Of a stretch of 64,000 bases of DNA, positions 11,196-20,977 are shown piece after piece. Under the pieces are notes generated by a model that searched no databases, was not told the DNA's origin, and was given only the letters and a program-made list of their open reading frames with translations. A program made the position numbers and the translations under genes. The DNA comes from an uncultured Gammaproteobacteria bacterium. GTDB taxonomy: Bacteria; Pseudomonadota; Gammaproteobacteria; JASBUN01. Within the stretch, counting starts at the first letter, position 1; every line of letters starts with the position of its first letter. The DNA lies in the NCBI GenBank assembly GCA_963773585.1, contig CAVZBR010000001.1, forward strand, positions 703,882-767,881, read 5' to 3'.

Positions 11196-11633
11196 TCATC
11201 CGGTGCGAATCACCCGCGTGCGCGCGATGCGATCATAAAGCGCCCGTCGGTCCCGGTCCCAAAGTGTCCATAGCAGCCCGATGCCTAATGTCGCCATTGC
11301 CACCGCCAGACGCACCAATGCCTGCCACCATCGAATCGTAGTCCCGTCCAGGCGCTCGACCCGGATGCGCCAGGTCTGCATGCCCAACGTCTGTCCGCCA
11401 TGGGTCCAGAACCAGCCGTAGAATGCGGAGATGATTGCCAGTAAGTAGACCCGGTATCCCCAGCCGTGGTTGTCAAGTTGGCCTTTGGTGACCGCCAATG
11501 CGAGTGCTGTCGCCAACAGCAAAATCGCGATCAGCAACATGCCATCGTAAAACAAAGCGCCGACGCGGCGCGGTAGGCCGACCGGCTCGTGGGTTGCCGA
11601 AATCTTTGCGACATTCATTTTATCAAACAGCAC
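11196..11633 (-). CDS. RDD family membrane protein
   Basis: 145 aa with PRRVGALFYDGMLLIAILL plus further TM helices and a WRIRVERLDG segment typical of RDD domains. Confidence 0.7.
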   Translation of the reverse strand: MLFDKMNVAKISATHEPVGLPRRVGALFYDGMLLIAILLLATALALAVTKGQLDNHGWGYRVYLLAIISAFYGWFWTHGGQTLGMQTWRIRVERLDGTTIRWWQALVRLAVAMATLGIGLLWTLWDRDRRALYDRIARTRVIRTG

Positions 11634-11755
11634 TCAATGGATCGCTGAAACATTTGCCGTTATCGTAATGTGTTGTTGTCACTTCCGCCGCGCATGTGAT
11701 AAACACTGTGCTATAAAAAGCAACATAAACAAGAACGAAAGCCAAGTGAGGAGAC

Positions 11756-12112
11756 ATGGCCATTCTAGCAGAGCTGGCTGCACTTCCGGGAGTGACCGCG
11801 GTGGGCGAATATTCCTACCGCGGAGATCGATTTACATACAAAGGCAACCTCGATGAAGAACAGGCGCGCATGGCCTCGATCATGTGTCGCGCGACGACCA
11901 TGAGCGTGCACATGCAGACGGAGATACTGCATGCGTTCTGCGATGATTGCGGCATCGTGCCGGGCAGAGGGTGGGTTGTACGCGGCCCGAAATTCAGCGT
12001 CTGCGTGTATGCCAACGTATTCTGTTTCCTCGATAACGCCGCGGCATCGCTCAACGAAGTCATACATGCACTGCGTGAGAAATTGGCGGACGCTTCGGAC
12101 GACCTGGTTTAG
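11756..12112 (+). CDS. DUF2173-like small protein (Roadblock/LC7-like fold suspected), paralog 1
   Basis: 118 aa, strong SD (gaggag) upstream. LPGVTAVGEYSYRGD..YKGNL and GWVVRGPKFSVCVYANVFCFLDN motifs, as I recall them for DUF2173. Confidence 0.6.
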   Translation: MAILAELAALPGVTAVGEYSYRGDRFTYKGNLDEEQARMASIMCRATTMSVHMQTEILHAFCDDCGIVPGRGWVVRGPKFSVCVYANVFCFLDNAAASLNEVIHALREKLADASDDLV

Positions 12113-12171
12113 GCAACCTGCGAACCTTGACCGTACCAAGCGGAATTTCAGCAAGTAGGAGATGAAGGACG

Positions 12172-12510
12172 ATGGCCGATCTTGATAATTTAATGGCATT
12201 GCCCGGAGCGATTGCCGCGTTCAATTTTTCCGATCGCGGCGAACTGTTGTCGAGCAAAGTGTCGGACGGCGGAGATTTGAATGACACGGTACTGGATCTG
12301 CTCAGTCACGTGTGCGTCGCCAATATTTCCATCGCTACGATGCAAGCGCGGGGGTGGGAAAGCATGACCGGCAGCGAAGGATTTTACCCGATCGGTGGCT
12401 TCACCATGGTCGGCCTGGACTGGTCCGCTGTCACCTATGGCAATCGCGGTGTGGTGCTTGCCAACGATCGTGCCGACTACCAGGCAGCGTACGACGCGCT
12501 GGCGCGGTAG
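12172..12510 (+). CDS. DUF2173-like small protein, divergent paralog 2
   Basis: 112 aa with LPGAIAAFNFSDRGELLS N-terminus matching paralogs 1 and 3. The C-terminal half is divergent. Confidence 0.55.
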   Translation: MADLDNLMALPGAIAAFNFSDRGELLSSKVSDGGDLNDTVLDLLSHVCVANISIATMQARGWESMTGSEGFYPIGGFTMVGLDWSAVTYGNRGVVLANDRADYQAAYDALAR

Positions 12511-12518
12511 GGGGCTCC

Positions 12519-12851
12519 ATGATCAAACGCTTGATGGCACTGGATGGTGTCGCCGCGATTTGCCAGTTTCGCGACGACGGGGCCTTCGTCGAAGGCTATG
12601 GCGTCATGCCGGCTCAGCATTTGGAGGCGCTTGCCAAGTTCGCCCACGACTACAAGCGCATCGTTCAAGGTAACGCCGACCAGTTGTCGATGTTTACGCA
12701 GTTGCGAGGGTGGACCCCTCCCGGCGGTTGGATCGTGCGCAGCGACGAAATGTCGGTGTGCAGCGTCGGCAATTTGGTATGCCTGCTGCAGAACGACAGT
12801 GCGTCACTTTCGGAGGTGATGCGCGCCTTGCAGGAAGCGTCCCACTGGTGA
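12519..12851 (+). CDS. DUF2173-like small protein, paralog 3
   Basis: Internal ATG of ORF 12312..12851 gives MIKRLMALDGVAAICQFRDDG..GWIVRSDEMSVCSVGNLVCLLQNDSASLSEVMRAL, collinear with paralog 1. Starts 8 nt after the paralog 2 stop. Confidence 0.6.
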   Translation: MIKRLMALDGVAAICQFRDDGAFVEGYGVMPAQHLEALAKFAHDYKRIVQGNADQLSMFTQLRGWTPPGGWIVRSDEMSVCSVGNLVCLLQNDSASLSEVMRALQEASHW

Positions 12852-12995
12852 CCGGCATAGGGCGAAAGTCATATTTTTGCCGGTATGCAGGCGCAGAAAT
12901 GCTTGACCCCGGAACATCCACACAGTAAAAAATGCCCCTGGGGTGATTGCTGGCTCTTGTTGCCGCGATCAATAAAAAAATAAGAGGGCTTTGTC

Positions 12996-13919
12996 ATGAT
13001 CGGGGGAACCTTGGCTCGGGGAGCCGTTTGTGCGTGTTTTATTTTGGGGGCCATCGCCGCAGGGCCCGTTCAGGCCACACCAATCTCATTGTCGACCGCC
13101 TCCGGATCATTCGGCGGCGAATTTCTGCAAGGCGCCGGGTCGCCCAACGTCGGCATAATTCTGTTGCACGGCCGGGGGTTGACGCCCGATTCGGCGGTAA
13201 CGCGGCAGCTGCGCAATAGCCTGAACAACGCCGGCTACAGCACACTGGCGATCGAAAATCCCGTTCCAGCGGACTCGAATGGCAATGGCAGCAACACCGA
13301 TTTCAGCGATTATGCGGCCGACGTCAGCGCAGGCGGCGCGAATTATGTATTTCCGGAAACCTATGCGCGCGTCCGTGCAGCATCTTCCTACATGCAATCC
13401 CTTGGCGTCGATCAGATCGTGCTTTCCGGCTTCAGTCTCGGTTCGCGCCTTGCCGCCGCTGTTGTCGCTCGCGGTCAACATGCTGGGGATGTGCCTATTG
13501 TGGGTCTGCTAAATGTCGGCATGTACGGCAATAGCATCGATCCGTTGAACGTTGTCGACACCTTGGACGAAATCACAATTCCGGTATTGGACATCTACGG
13601 CGACGGGGACACTAACGCGGTCACCACGGCGGCGGCGCGAGTGGCAGCTTACGGCGGAGCGCCGACGGATTATCTGCAGATCGCGCTCGACTGCCCGGCG
13701 ATCTCGCTTACTTATTCGGTAAACGATTGCCACAAGTTGCGCGGCAACAATCTCAAGGGCGCGGACGATCGACCGTTGGAAACGACTGCGCGCAATTGGA
13801 TGCAATCCGTTGCGCCTCTGGCCAGTGCCAGCGTGCCGGAACCCGGAACCGGCCTGCTCCTGGCGCTCGGGTTCGGCGCCATGGGTTGGCATCGCCGCCG
13901 TCGTCGCAATACACGCTGA
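12996..13919 (+). CDS. Secreted alpha/beta-hydrolase-like protein with C-terminal PEP-CTERM sorting signal
   Basis: Signal peptide, LLHGRG, nucleophile elbow GFSLGS, and C-terminus VPEPGTGLLLALGFGAMGWHRRRRR (PEP motif, TM helix, Arg cluster). Confidence 0.7.
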   Translation: MIGGTLARGAVCACFILGAIAAGPVQATPISLSTASGSFGGEFLQGAGSPNVGIILLHGRGLTPDSAVTRQLRNSLNNAGYSTLAIENPVPADSNGNGSNTDFSDYAADVSAGGANYVFPETYARVRAASSYMQSLGVDQIVLSGFSLGSRLAAAVVARGQHAGDVPIVGLLNVGMYGNSIDPLNVVDTLDEITIPVLDIYGDGDTNAVTTAAARVAAYGGAPTDYLQIALDCPAISLTYSVNDCHKLRGNNLKGADDRPLETTARNWMQSVAPLASASVPEPGTGLLLALGFGAMGWHRRRRRNTR

Positions 13920-13934
13920 TTCCCTCCCGCAGAG

Positions 13935-13967
13935 AATGCAATCCGCGCGAAGCGCGCGGATTGCATT
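13935..13967. terminator. Perfect 15-bp stem / 3-nt loop hairpin between convergent genes (likely bidirectional terminator)
   Basis: aatgcaatccgcgcg-aag-cgcgcggattgcatt, located between the PEP-CTERM gene stop (13919) and the HlyD-family gene stop (13968). Confidence 0.6.
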
Positions 13968-15176
13968 TCAGGGTGCGATACGTTGTGCCGTGACCCGGAC
14001 GCCATCCTCGATGCGTTCGTCAGGGTGGGCTATCACCAGGTCGCCCTCACGCAATCCAGCCAGAATTTGTGCGTTGAGGCCGTTGCGGCGCCCGACGTCA
14101 ACCGTGCGTTGCGCGGCTCTGCCATTGGCGATGACGAAGACCGCCCATTGATGCCGATCGCGAAATAGCGCGCTGGTTGGCACCTGAAGCACGTCTTCGT
14201 CGTGCCAGAGTATGAATGCGGCTTCAACCCGATACCCGTCTCCCAGCTTTTGCCATTCATCGTGCGGTGAAGTGAGATCGGCGATTACCGTTACCCGCTG
14301 CTCTTCAACACCCAGGGCCGAAATTTTCGTAAATCCCACGGGCTCTACCACGCGAACGACGCCCCGCAATGCAGGCTCTCCGCCCCAGCGCAAAAAACGA
14401 ACCGGCGTCCCAGCCTTGATGCGTACAGCGTCTTCGGATAGCACATCGATTTCGACTTCCAGGGCCCTCGGGTCACCCACCTCGACCAATTGGTCGCCAA
14501 TCTGCACCGGACCTTCGCTTTCTCGATAGAGCTTCAGCACTTTGCCACTGACCGGTGAAGTCAGCTGCACGGTTTCGGCGGCGTCTGCTGATCCTGCGGC
14601 GGAAAATTGCAGCGCGGTGCGCGCTGCCTGCAGTTGGAACTTGGCTACGTCGACTGCGAATTGGCTCGAACGAAGGTTGGCATTCGCTTGGCGCAATTGG
14701 GTTTCGGCACGATCCAGTTCTTCTTGGGAAACACGCCCACCCTCGTGTAGTTTTGTCTTTCGCTCATAGTCGAGCTGGGCGTATTGGGCTTGCGCACTGG
14801 CAGCGGCAACCGCTTGTTGGGCTCGGCTCAGCGCTGCTTGTGCCGCGGAGATGCCAGCCTCGGCTTGCGCCTTGGCGCGCGGATCGAGCACGGCTGGGCG
14901 CAGCGGCTCCAGACGAGCGATCACCGCGTTGCGGGATACGGAATCGCCCACGTGTAGTTCCGAGCGGCGCAGATAACCGGCTACAGGCGCCGAGATCACG
15001 AACCGGTCTTTGACCCGCGTACGGCCTTCTTCCTCGATGGTGACTTCGAATGCTGCTCGCAAAGCCTTCGTCGCGCTGACGGCTATTGGGCGGGGCCACA
15101 GGCCCCACGCCAATGCCGCGACGGCCGTGACTGCCACCAGTGCGGTGCCTGCGCTTCTTCGCCAGCGAGCTGCCAT
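13968..15176 (-). CDS. HlyD-family periplasmic adaptor (membrane fusion protein)
   Basis: 402 aa with an N-terminal TM helix, a long Ala/Gln-rich coiled coil and barrel-sandwich motifs. Last gene of the ABC operon. Confidence 0.85.
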   Translation of the reverse strand: MAARWRRSAGTALVAVTAVAALAWGLWPRPIAVSATKALRAAFEVTIEEEGRTRVKDRFVISAPVAGYLRRSELHVGDSVSRNAVIARLEPLRPAVLDPRAKAQAEAGISAAQAALSRAQQAVAAASAQAQYAQLDYERKTKLHEGGRVSQEELDRAETQLRQANANLRSSQFAVDVAKFQLQAARTALQFSAAGSADAAETVQLTSPVSGKVLKLYRESEGPVQIGDQLVEVGDPRALEVEIDVLSEDAVRIKAGTPVRFLRWGGEPALRGVVRVVEPVGFTKISALGVEEQRVTVIADLTSPHDEWQKLGDGYRVEAAFILWHDEDVLQVPTSALFRDRHQWAVFVIANGRAAQRTVDVGRRNGLNAQILAGLREGDLVIAHPDERIEDGVRVTAQRIAP

Positions 15177-15177
15177 G

Positions 15178-17541
15178 TCACTCCCGAGTCTTGAGAACGC
15201 CGATCAAATCCAGACGTGCCAGTTTTCGCCAAATCAAGATACCGGATAGTACCGTCGACGCCAGTACCACGAGGGCGGCGAACGCATAGGTGCCGCTTTG
15301 CAATACCAGTGGTATGCGGTAGAGATCGGAGCGGAACTCGAATGCGATATACGCGCAGAGCGCGTGGCCGATCAAGAAGCCGATCGGAATCGCAGCCAGG
15401 GTCAACAGTGCCAGTTCTCCGAGCAGAATGTAGGCGATCTCCCCACGCCGGAAACCCAGCACACGCAGGCTGGCCAGCTCGCGATCCCGTTCTGACAACG
15501 CGATGCGCGCGCTATTGTAGACCACGCCGAAGGCGATCACGCTGCCGAGCATCGCCGTAACGAAGGTAAATACCAGAATATTTTCTTCCATCGCCTGGTC
15601 GAAGTTGTGAATCGCCGCGCTGCGCAGAGTGGTCCCTGCTATGCGTGGAATTTGTTCTAATTCTCGATACACCTGCTTCCGGTAGCGCGGTTCAACGGCC
15701 AGCTGTGCGCCACTGATCGCGGGGCCTTCCCGCAGCAATCGGTTGAGCGTGCGCAGCGGCATATATGCGTTCACACCCAGATATTGCTTTTCCAGCGCCG
15801 CCACCGGAATTTCGAGTGTAGGTCGGGCGCCCTCCAGTATTTCCACCAGCACGGTATCGCCGGGTTCCAGGTGCAGCAGTTGGGCCAGGTAATCAGTCAA
15901 CACCATGCCGTGCTCGGACAGCGCCACGGGAGCCAGATTCGCGTCGAGAAGCTCCGAAAGACGTGCGTCGGGATCGCGCCCCTCGAGCGTGGTGCGGAAG
16001 CTGTATTGAGCATGGCGCAATCGAACCGGCACGGCGCGAAAGCCTTCGGCATGACGCACACCTTCCAGCCTGGAGAGCGAATATAGCGCGCGCTGGGAAG
16101 TGGGATCGGTGAATGCGACGGTCAAGTCCTGATGCTGACTCATGCTGTACTGCACATCCACCATGTATCGAACCGCGTCCTTCTGGAAGTTGGAGACAAC
16201 CACGATCGCGCATGCACTGGCGATTCCCGCCACGGTCAACAGCGCACGTGCCGGTCGGCGCTCCAGGTGGCGGACGATCATGCGGCTCGGCTGCGAAAGA
16301 CCACTTTGCAGTCCCAGACGCTCGATTAAGGTTCTGCGATAGACGGCGGGTGACTCGGACCGCATTCCCTGCGCCGGCGGCAGGCGCGCGGCGCGGATTA
16401 CCGCGACGGCAGTCGCGCTCAATCCGGATATGACGCTGATTGCCGCCGCCGACATCCATATCCAGAGCGGTATCCGATAGTACAACTCCGGAAATCGATA
16501 GAACTCCATGTACACGCCGCTCAATCCGTGCCCCAGCCAGGCACCAAGTGCAATTCCAGAGGCCAAGCCGATCGCGACGATGCCAAGTACTTGTTTGACG
16601 AAGTGCAGCATGATCGCGCCATTGCCATAGCCGAAGGCTTTCAGAACCGCGATCTGTTCCCGCTGCGTGCTGATCAGGCGTCCGATCACAACGTTGAACA
16701 AGAATGCGGCGACGCCCATGAAAATCGCTGGAAACACGATCGCCATGATTCGCAAACCGTGCAGTTCCTGAGTCAGGAACCGGTGGGAGATCTGGTCGCT
16801 GCGGCCGATCGCACCGGATCCGCCATATGCAGCGAGCAGCGAGTCGAGACGTGTGATCACGTCGTTCTCGTCGGTGCGGGGCGCCAAGTTCAGCGCAACG
16901 TCATTGAAGGCGCCATCCATGTCGTAGGCGGCGGCGAGCTGGCTACGGCTCAACCACAAAATGCCATAGCGCTGGTAGTCTGGGAAGGCGCCGCCGGGAG
17001 GAAACTGATACAGATATTCCGGCGACATCGCAATCCCGACGATGCGCAGGCTTTTGCGTTTACCGTTGATGATGGCGCCAAGCCGGTCCCCGGGTTGCAA
17101 ATGGTGGGCCTCGGCGAAGGTATCGCTCACCAGCGCTTCGTCGGCGTACTGCGCTTGTATCATCCTGCCTTGGCGCAGGTGCAGGGCATTGAGCATCGGT
17201 TGACCCATGTCGGGCACCGACACCAGTCTGCCGACCACCGGTTCCGTGAAGCCGGGCACCTCGAGACTGGCGCTTGCGATCACGCGGGTCTGGACCTTGT
17301 CGACACCGGGTATTTCGCTGATGCGCGTGCGCAGACTTTCCGGCGCCCGTTTCAGACCGGCGAAAATCTGCGCGAAGCGGTAATCCCGATAATAGATCCG
17401 TTGGCTGATCACCAACGAGCCATAGGTGGAAAGCGACATGACGTAGGTGGCGACACCCGCGCACAGTACCATTGCGATCGCCAGCACCATTGCCCGCAGC
17501 CGCCAGAGGTCGCGCAATGCTTTTCGATCCAGCGCCGCCAT
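15178..17541 (-). CDS. ABC transporter permease with two FtsX-like domains
   Basis: 787 aa with two repeated 4-TM FtsX-type modules (AVLKAFGY.. and LRVLGF..), flanked by the ATPase and adaptor genes. Confidence 0.85.
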   Translation of the reverse strand: MAALDRKALRDLWRLRAMVLAIAMVLCAGVATYVMSLSTYGSLVISQRIYYRDYRFAQIFAGLKRAPESLRTRISEIPGVDKVQTRVIASASLEVPGFTEPVVGRLVSVPDMGQPMLNALHLRQGRMIQAQYADEALVSDTFAEAHHLQPGDRLGAIINGKRKSLRIVGIAMSPEYLYQFPPGGAFPDYQRYGILWLSRSQLAAAYDMDGAFNDVALNLAPRTDENDVITRLDSLLAAYGGSGAIGRSDQISHRFLTQELHGLRIMAIVFPAIFMGVAAFLFNVVIGRLISTQREQIAVLKAFGYGNGAIMLHFVKQVLGIVAIGLASGIALGAWLGHGLSGVYMEFYRFPELYYRIPLWIWMSAAAISVISGLSATAVAVIRAARLPPAQGMRSESPAVYRRTLIERLGLQSGLSQPSRMIVRHLERRPARALLTVAGIASACAIVVVSNFQKDAVRYMVDVQYSMSQHQDLTVAFTDPTSQRALYSLSRLEGVRHAEGFRAVPVRLRHAQYSFRTTLEGRDPDARLSELLDANLAPVALSEHGMVLTDYLAQLLHLEPGDTVLVEILEGARPTLEIPVAALEKQYLGVNAYMPLRTLNRLLREGPAISGAQLAVEPRYRKQVYRELEQIPRIAGTTLRSAAIHNFDQAMEENILVFTFVTAMLGSVIAFGVVYNSARIALSERDRELASLRVLGFRRGEIAYILLGELALLTLAAIPIGFLIGHALCAYIAFEFRSDLYRIPLVLQSGTYAFAALVVLASTVLSGILIWRKLARLDLIGVLKTRE

Positions 17542-17546
17542 GCCCG

Positions 17547-18281
17547 CTACCAGGTCAGGTCCCGCGCCGGCCGTCGATCCGGATTGCGGCGATCCTCGAC
17601 GATCATGCCGTCGGCCATGCGCACCACGCGGTCCGCCATTTGCGCAATAGCGGCGTTGTGGGTTATCAGCACGGCGCTGGTTCCCAGACTGCGATTGACC
17701 CGTTCGATCGCTTCCAGCACCAGCACCCCGGTGGCGGAGTCGAGCGCGCCGGTGGGCTCATCGCACAACAGCACGGCGGGATTTTTCGCGATTGCCCTGG
17801 CGATTGCCACTCTTTGTTGTTCGCCACCGGATAGTTGCGCCGGGAAATGATCCATGCGCGCGCCGAGTTCAACGCGCGCAAGGGCATCTTCCGGCCGCAT
17901 TGGATTGCGTGCAATTTCGGTGACCGCGGCGACATTTTCGCGCGCCGTCAAACTGGGAATCAGGTTGTAGAATTGAAACACAAAGCCCACGTGAAAGCGC
18001 CGAAACTCCGTGAGCTGCTTATCGTCGGCGCCGCTCAATTCCCGGCCTCGATAGCGCACCGAACCGGATGTGGCACGATCCAATCCCCCCAGGATGTTGA
18101 GCAATGTTGATTTCCCGCTACCGGAGGGCCCCAACAACACCACCAGCTCGCCGTTGTACAGGTCCAGGTCGACGCCCCGTAAGGCCTGTACGCGAACTTC
18201 GCCCATGGCGTATGTCTTGGTGACCGCACGCATTTCAAACACCGGCTCGTTGTGATTCGTGGACGGGTCCAAGGTCTGCAC
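17547..18281 (-). CDS. ABC transporter ATP-binding protein (MacB/LolD-like)
   Basis: Walker [10 protein letters not shown], signature [14 protein letters not shown], Walker [12 protein letters not shown]. Confidence 0.92.
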   Translation of the reverse strand: MQTLDPSTNHNEPVFEMRAVTKTYAMGEVRVQALRGVDLDLYNGELVVLLGPSGSGKSTLLNILGGLDRATSGSVRYRGRELSGADDKQLTEFRRFHVGFVFQFYNLIPSLTARENVAAVTEIARNPMRPEDALARVELGARMDHFPAQLSGGEQQRVAIARAIAKNPAVLLCDEPTGALDSATGVLVLEAIERVNRSLGTSAVLITHNAAIAQMADRVVRMADGMIVEDRRNPDRRPARDLTW

Positions 18282-18521
18282 GCTATGCCGGCCCCCGTGA
18301 TGACTGGCCCGATCTTGAGGCTTTGCTCCGCGATCGGCATTGATCGAGCGCAGCCTTGTTGTAGATGAGTGCTGATGTCGCGGGCGACAGGGGGAGTGTG
18401 ATGGAGATCACAATACGTCGGCCGCGGCCTGGGTATAAATCAACCATCGAGGCCGGTGGTTGGATCGCAAGCCTCGAAACCACGCAGGTCGGATCGCCAT
18501 CGCTTGGCTAGGAGCGTGAAC

Positions 18522-18698
18522 ATGGATATGCGGCGTGAAACAGTCGAACGCACAATCGCCGAGATGCAGCGTCAGGCTGCGCGATTGGCCAGTTCGGAAG
18601 AGCGGATCGATCAGTGCGAGCAAGCCCTTTTGGCAACCGCCATTCTGTTGCATCGTAATATGCTCGCGGATGCGCCCCCGAACCAACCTGCTGTCTGA
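18522..18698 (+). CDS. Possible small (58-aa) helical protein
   Basis: Internal ATG of ORF 18456..18698 preceded by taggagcgtgaac. Sits in an otherwise empty 440-bp gap. No homology recognised. Confidence 0.25.
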   Translation: MDMRRETVERTIAEMQRQAARLASSEERIDQCEQALLATAILLHRNMLADAPPNQPAV

Positions 18699-18720
18699 AG
18701 CGCCAATTTCCATCTGTCCT

Positions 18721-20589
18721 TCAAGCCGGCGCCTGCGATTCCGGTCCTGAGCGCCGTCCCTCGCCATCCTGTTCGGGTCCCCGAGAGCTTTCATCCGCGT
18801 CACTCGCCTGTACCAAGGCGACGATCGTCCACCCAGCACCTGGTTTGGGACTGTCTTCGGCCGTGAACGGTCTTAGCCGACCCCGAGCGTCGATGGCGAA
18901 CAGCGGGATGGCTTTTTTCTGATATTGGCGGTTGTAGTCATCGAAGCCGAAATCGTCAGTCAACTGCGTGTCGTGTATCTCGGCGCCCTGGGACACCAGG
19001 CTGGCGAGTTTGGAATAGGTGATATCATCGCCAAACGCGAGCCGTCCGCAACGTGGCGTACCGATTCGTTCCTCTTCCTTGTCCTTTTCTGCAGTTGCAG
19101 GCAGCGCAAAAACGCTTTCGTTGCCCAGTTCACTGCGATAGCGCACACACGCCAGCGCATTGAGTTCTTTTTGCGGCGATAGCGCCAGTACCCGGCCAAT
19201 TCCGACCAGGTCCAGATTGCGGTCTGCATGTTCCGAGACCGCGTTGCCGTAATAGGTTGCCAAGCCCGCCATGCGGGCGGCGCGAATGTTGTCCCAATAG
19301 GTATCGGCCAACAGCGTACGGAAACCTTTTTCGCACAGTGCGATCGCGATGGCGCGCGCCACCGGGTTGGCGCCGATGATCAGGAAACCCTTTGGTTCCG
19401 GTTCGGCGACTTTGAGCAATCGGGCGATGGGTCGCGCTGTTGCGCTTTGGAGTACCACGGTGCCGATGATTACCAGGAATGTCAGCGGCACAAGCTGCGG
19501 AGCTTGTTCGTAACCCTGAGTTTCCAGCCGGATGGCGAATAGTGCGGCGATGGCGGCGGCGACGATGCCCCGGGGTGCGATCCAGCCGAGCAGGGCTCGC
19601 TCGCGCCAGGACAGCGAAGAGCCCCAGGTGGAGATCAGGACCTTGAGAGGGCGGGCGATGAATTGCATCGCCAGCAAGACCCCGGCGGCGGCCCAGCCCA
19701 GTTCCCGCACGTCCGCCAGATTCAGTCGCGCGGCCAGAATGATGAACAGGCCCGATATCAACAGCACGCTCAGACTTTCCTTGAAGTCCAGGATGTTGTC
19801 GACCGAGACATTGCGCATGTTGGCCAGCCAGACGCCCATCACGGTGACCGTGAGTAGGCCTGACTCCGGTTGTATGGAATCGGAGACAGCGAAGGCGACG
19901 AACACCAGGGACAACGTGCCGACGTTGTGCAGGTATTCCGGTAGCCAGTGGCGCCGCAATATGGTGCCGAGCAAATATCCGCAGCCCACGCCCACGATGA
20001 TGCCGATGGATAGGATTTGGGCGAACGTGAGCAAGGTGTGCCCGAACGCGCCTCCGCGTTGACCGGAGGCGATGAATTCGAATACCAGTACCGCCAGCAG
20101 CGCCCCGATGGGGTCGATGACGATGCCTTCCCAGCGCAAGATGTTGGAGATGCGCGCGGTGGGACGCACGGTGCGCAGCATGGGTACGATCACGGTAGGT
20201 CCGGTGACGACTGTTACGGCTCCGAACAAAAAGGACAATTCCCACGGCAGATGCAGCAACAGATGGGTGGCGACCGATGTCACCGCCCATGTGGCCGCCA
20301 GGCCGGTCGTTACCATGCGCCGGACGACCCGTTCCAAGCCCTTGATTTCATGAACACGAAGCGTCAGAGCGCCTTCGAATAGAATTACCGCGACGGCGAG
20401 CGATACGAATGGGAACAGCAAATGGCCGAACAGCGCTTCCGGATTCAGCCAACCGGTCAACGGCCCGGCTACAATGCCGGCGATCAGCAAGAACAGAATC
20501 GCCGGCAATTTCACCCACCAAGCAAACCACTGGCAGGCAATGGCGAGGAATCCGATCCCAGCTAGCGAAATGATCAGGCTTGTTTGCAT
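18721..20589 (-). CDS. CPA1-family Na+(K+)/H+ antiporter with C-terminal RCK/TrkA-N-like domain
   Basis: ORF 18721..20658, with a likely start at the internal ATG giving MQTSLIISLAGIGF. About 12 TM helices, then FLIIGANPVARAIAIAL, a Rossmann-like segment. Confidence 0.85.
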   Translation of the reverse strand: MQTSLIISLAGIGFLAIACQWFAWWVKLPAILFLLIAGIVAGPLTGWLNPEALFGHLLFPFVSLAVAVILFEGALTLRVHEIKGLERVVRRMVTTGLAATWAVTSVATHLLLHLPWELSFLFGAVTVVTGPTVIVPMLRTVRPTARISNILRWEGIVIDPIGALLAVLVFEFIASGQRGGAFGHTLLTFAQILSIGIIVGVGCGYLLGTILRRHWLPEYLHNVGTLSLVFVAFAVSDSIQPESGLLTVTVMGVWLANMRNVSVDNILDFKESLSVLLISGLFIILAARLNLADVRELGWAAAGVLLAMQFIARPLKVLISTWGSSLSWRERALLGWIAPRGIVAAAIAALFAIRLETQGYEQAPQLVPLTFLVIIGTVVLQSATARPIARLLKVAEPEPKGFLIIGANPVARAIAIALCEKGFRTLLADTYWDNIRAARMAGLATYYGNAVSEHADRNLDLVGIGRVLALSPQKELNALACVRYRSELGNESVFALPATAEKDKEEERIGTPRCGRLAFGDDITYSKLASLVSQGAEIHDTQLTDDFGFDDYNRQYQKKAIPLFAIDARGRLRPFTAEDSPKPGAGWTIVALVQASDADESSRGPEQDGEGRRSGPESQAPA

Positions 20590-20977
20590 GGAACTGCTTT
20601 GCGCGGTGCAACGCGACCGATGGTAGCGGCTTCGATGCAGCGCGTCACGTGGCACCATTTTAGAGCTGGATGCAGGAAACCGACGGAATTGATTGAAAAA
20701 ACGCCGGTTGCAACTAAAGTGGCGTGGCTGGTCATCAAAAAAATTCGTTTTACGCCGCCGGTTAGAGAAATATGGAACTCTTTTGGGCAGTTCGACGTGT
20801 AAACTGCTGAACCTTTCCAGGTCACCGTCCTGTCACGCACCTGCGTTACTGTAAAGCGGTGGCCACGGTTCAGTAGCGTACGTCTTGAGCCAGATTGGCA
20901 GAACTCTTTGACAGTCGGCAATTTCGCTGCTTAAGTTACTATCCCCGCACGGGGTCACCAGAGGGAGGGTAAGACAA

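Noticed and set aside
20908-20936. Possible sigma-70 promoter TTGACA-N17-TTAAGT upstream of the 113-aa hypothetical gene
   Set aside because: The -35 is perfect but the -10 is weak, and such matches are common by chance in AT-richer intergenic DNA. Not reported as a feature.
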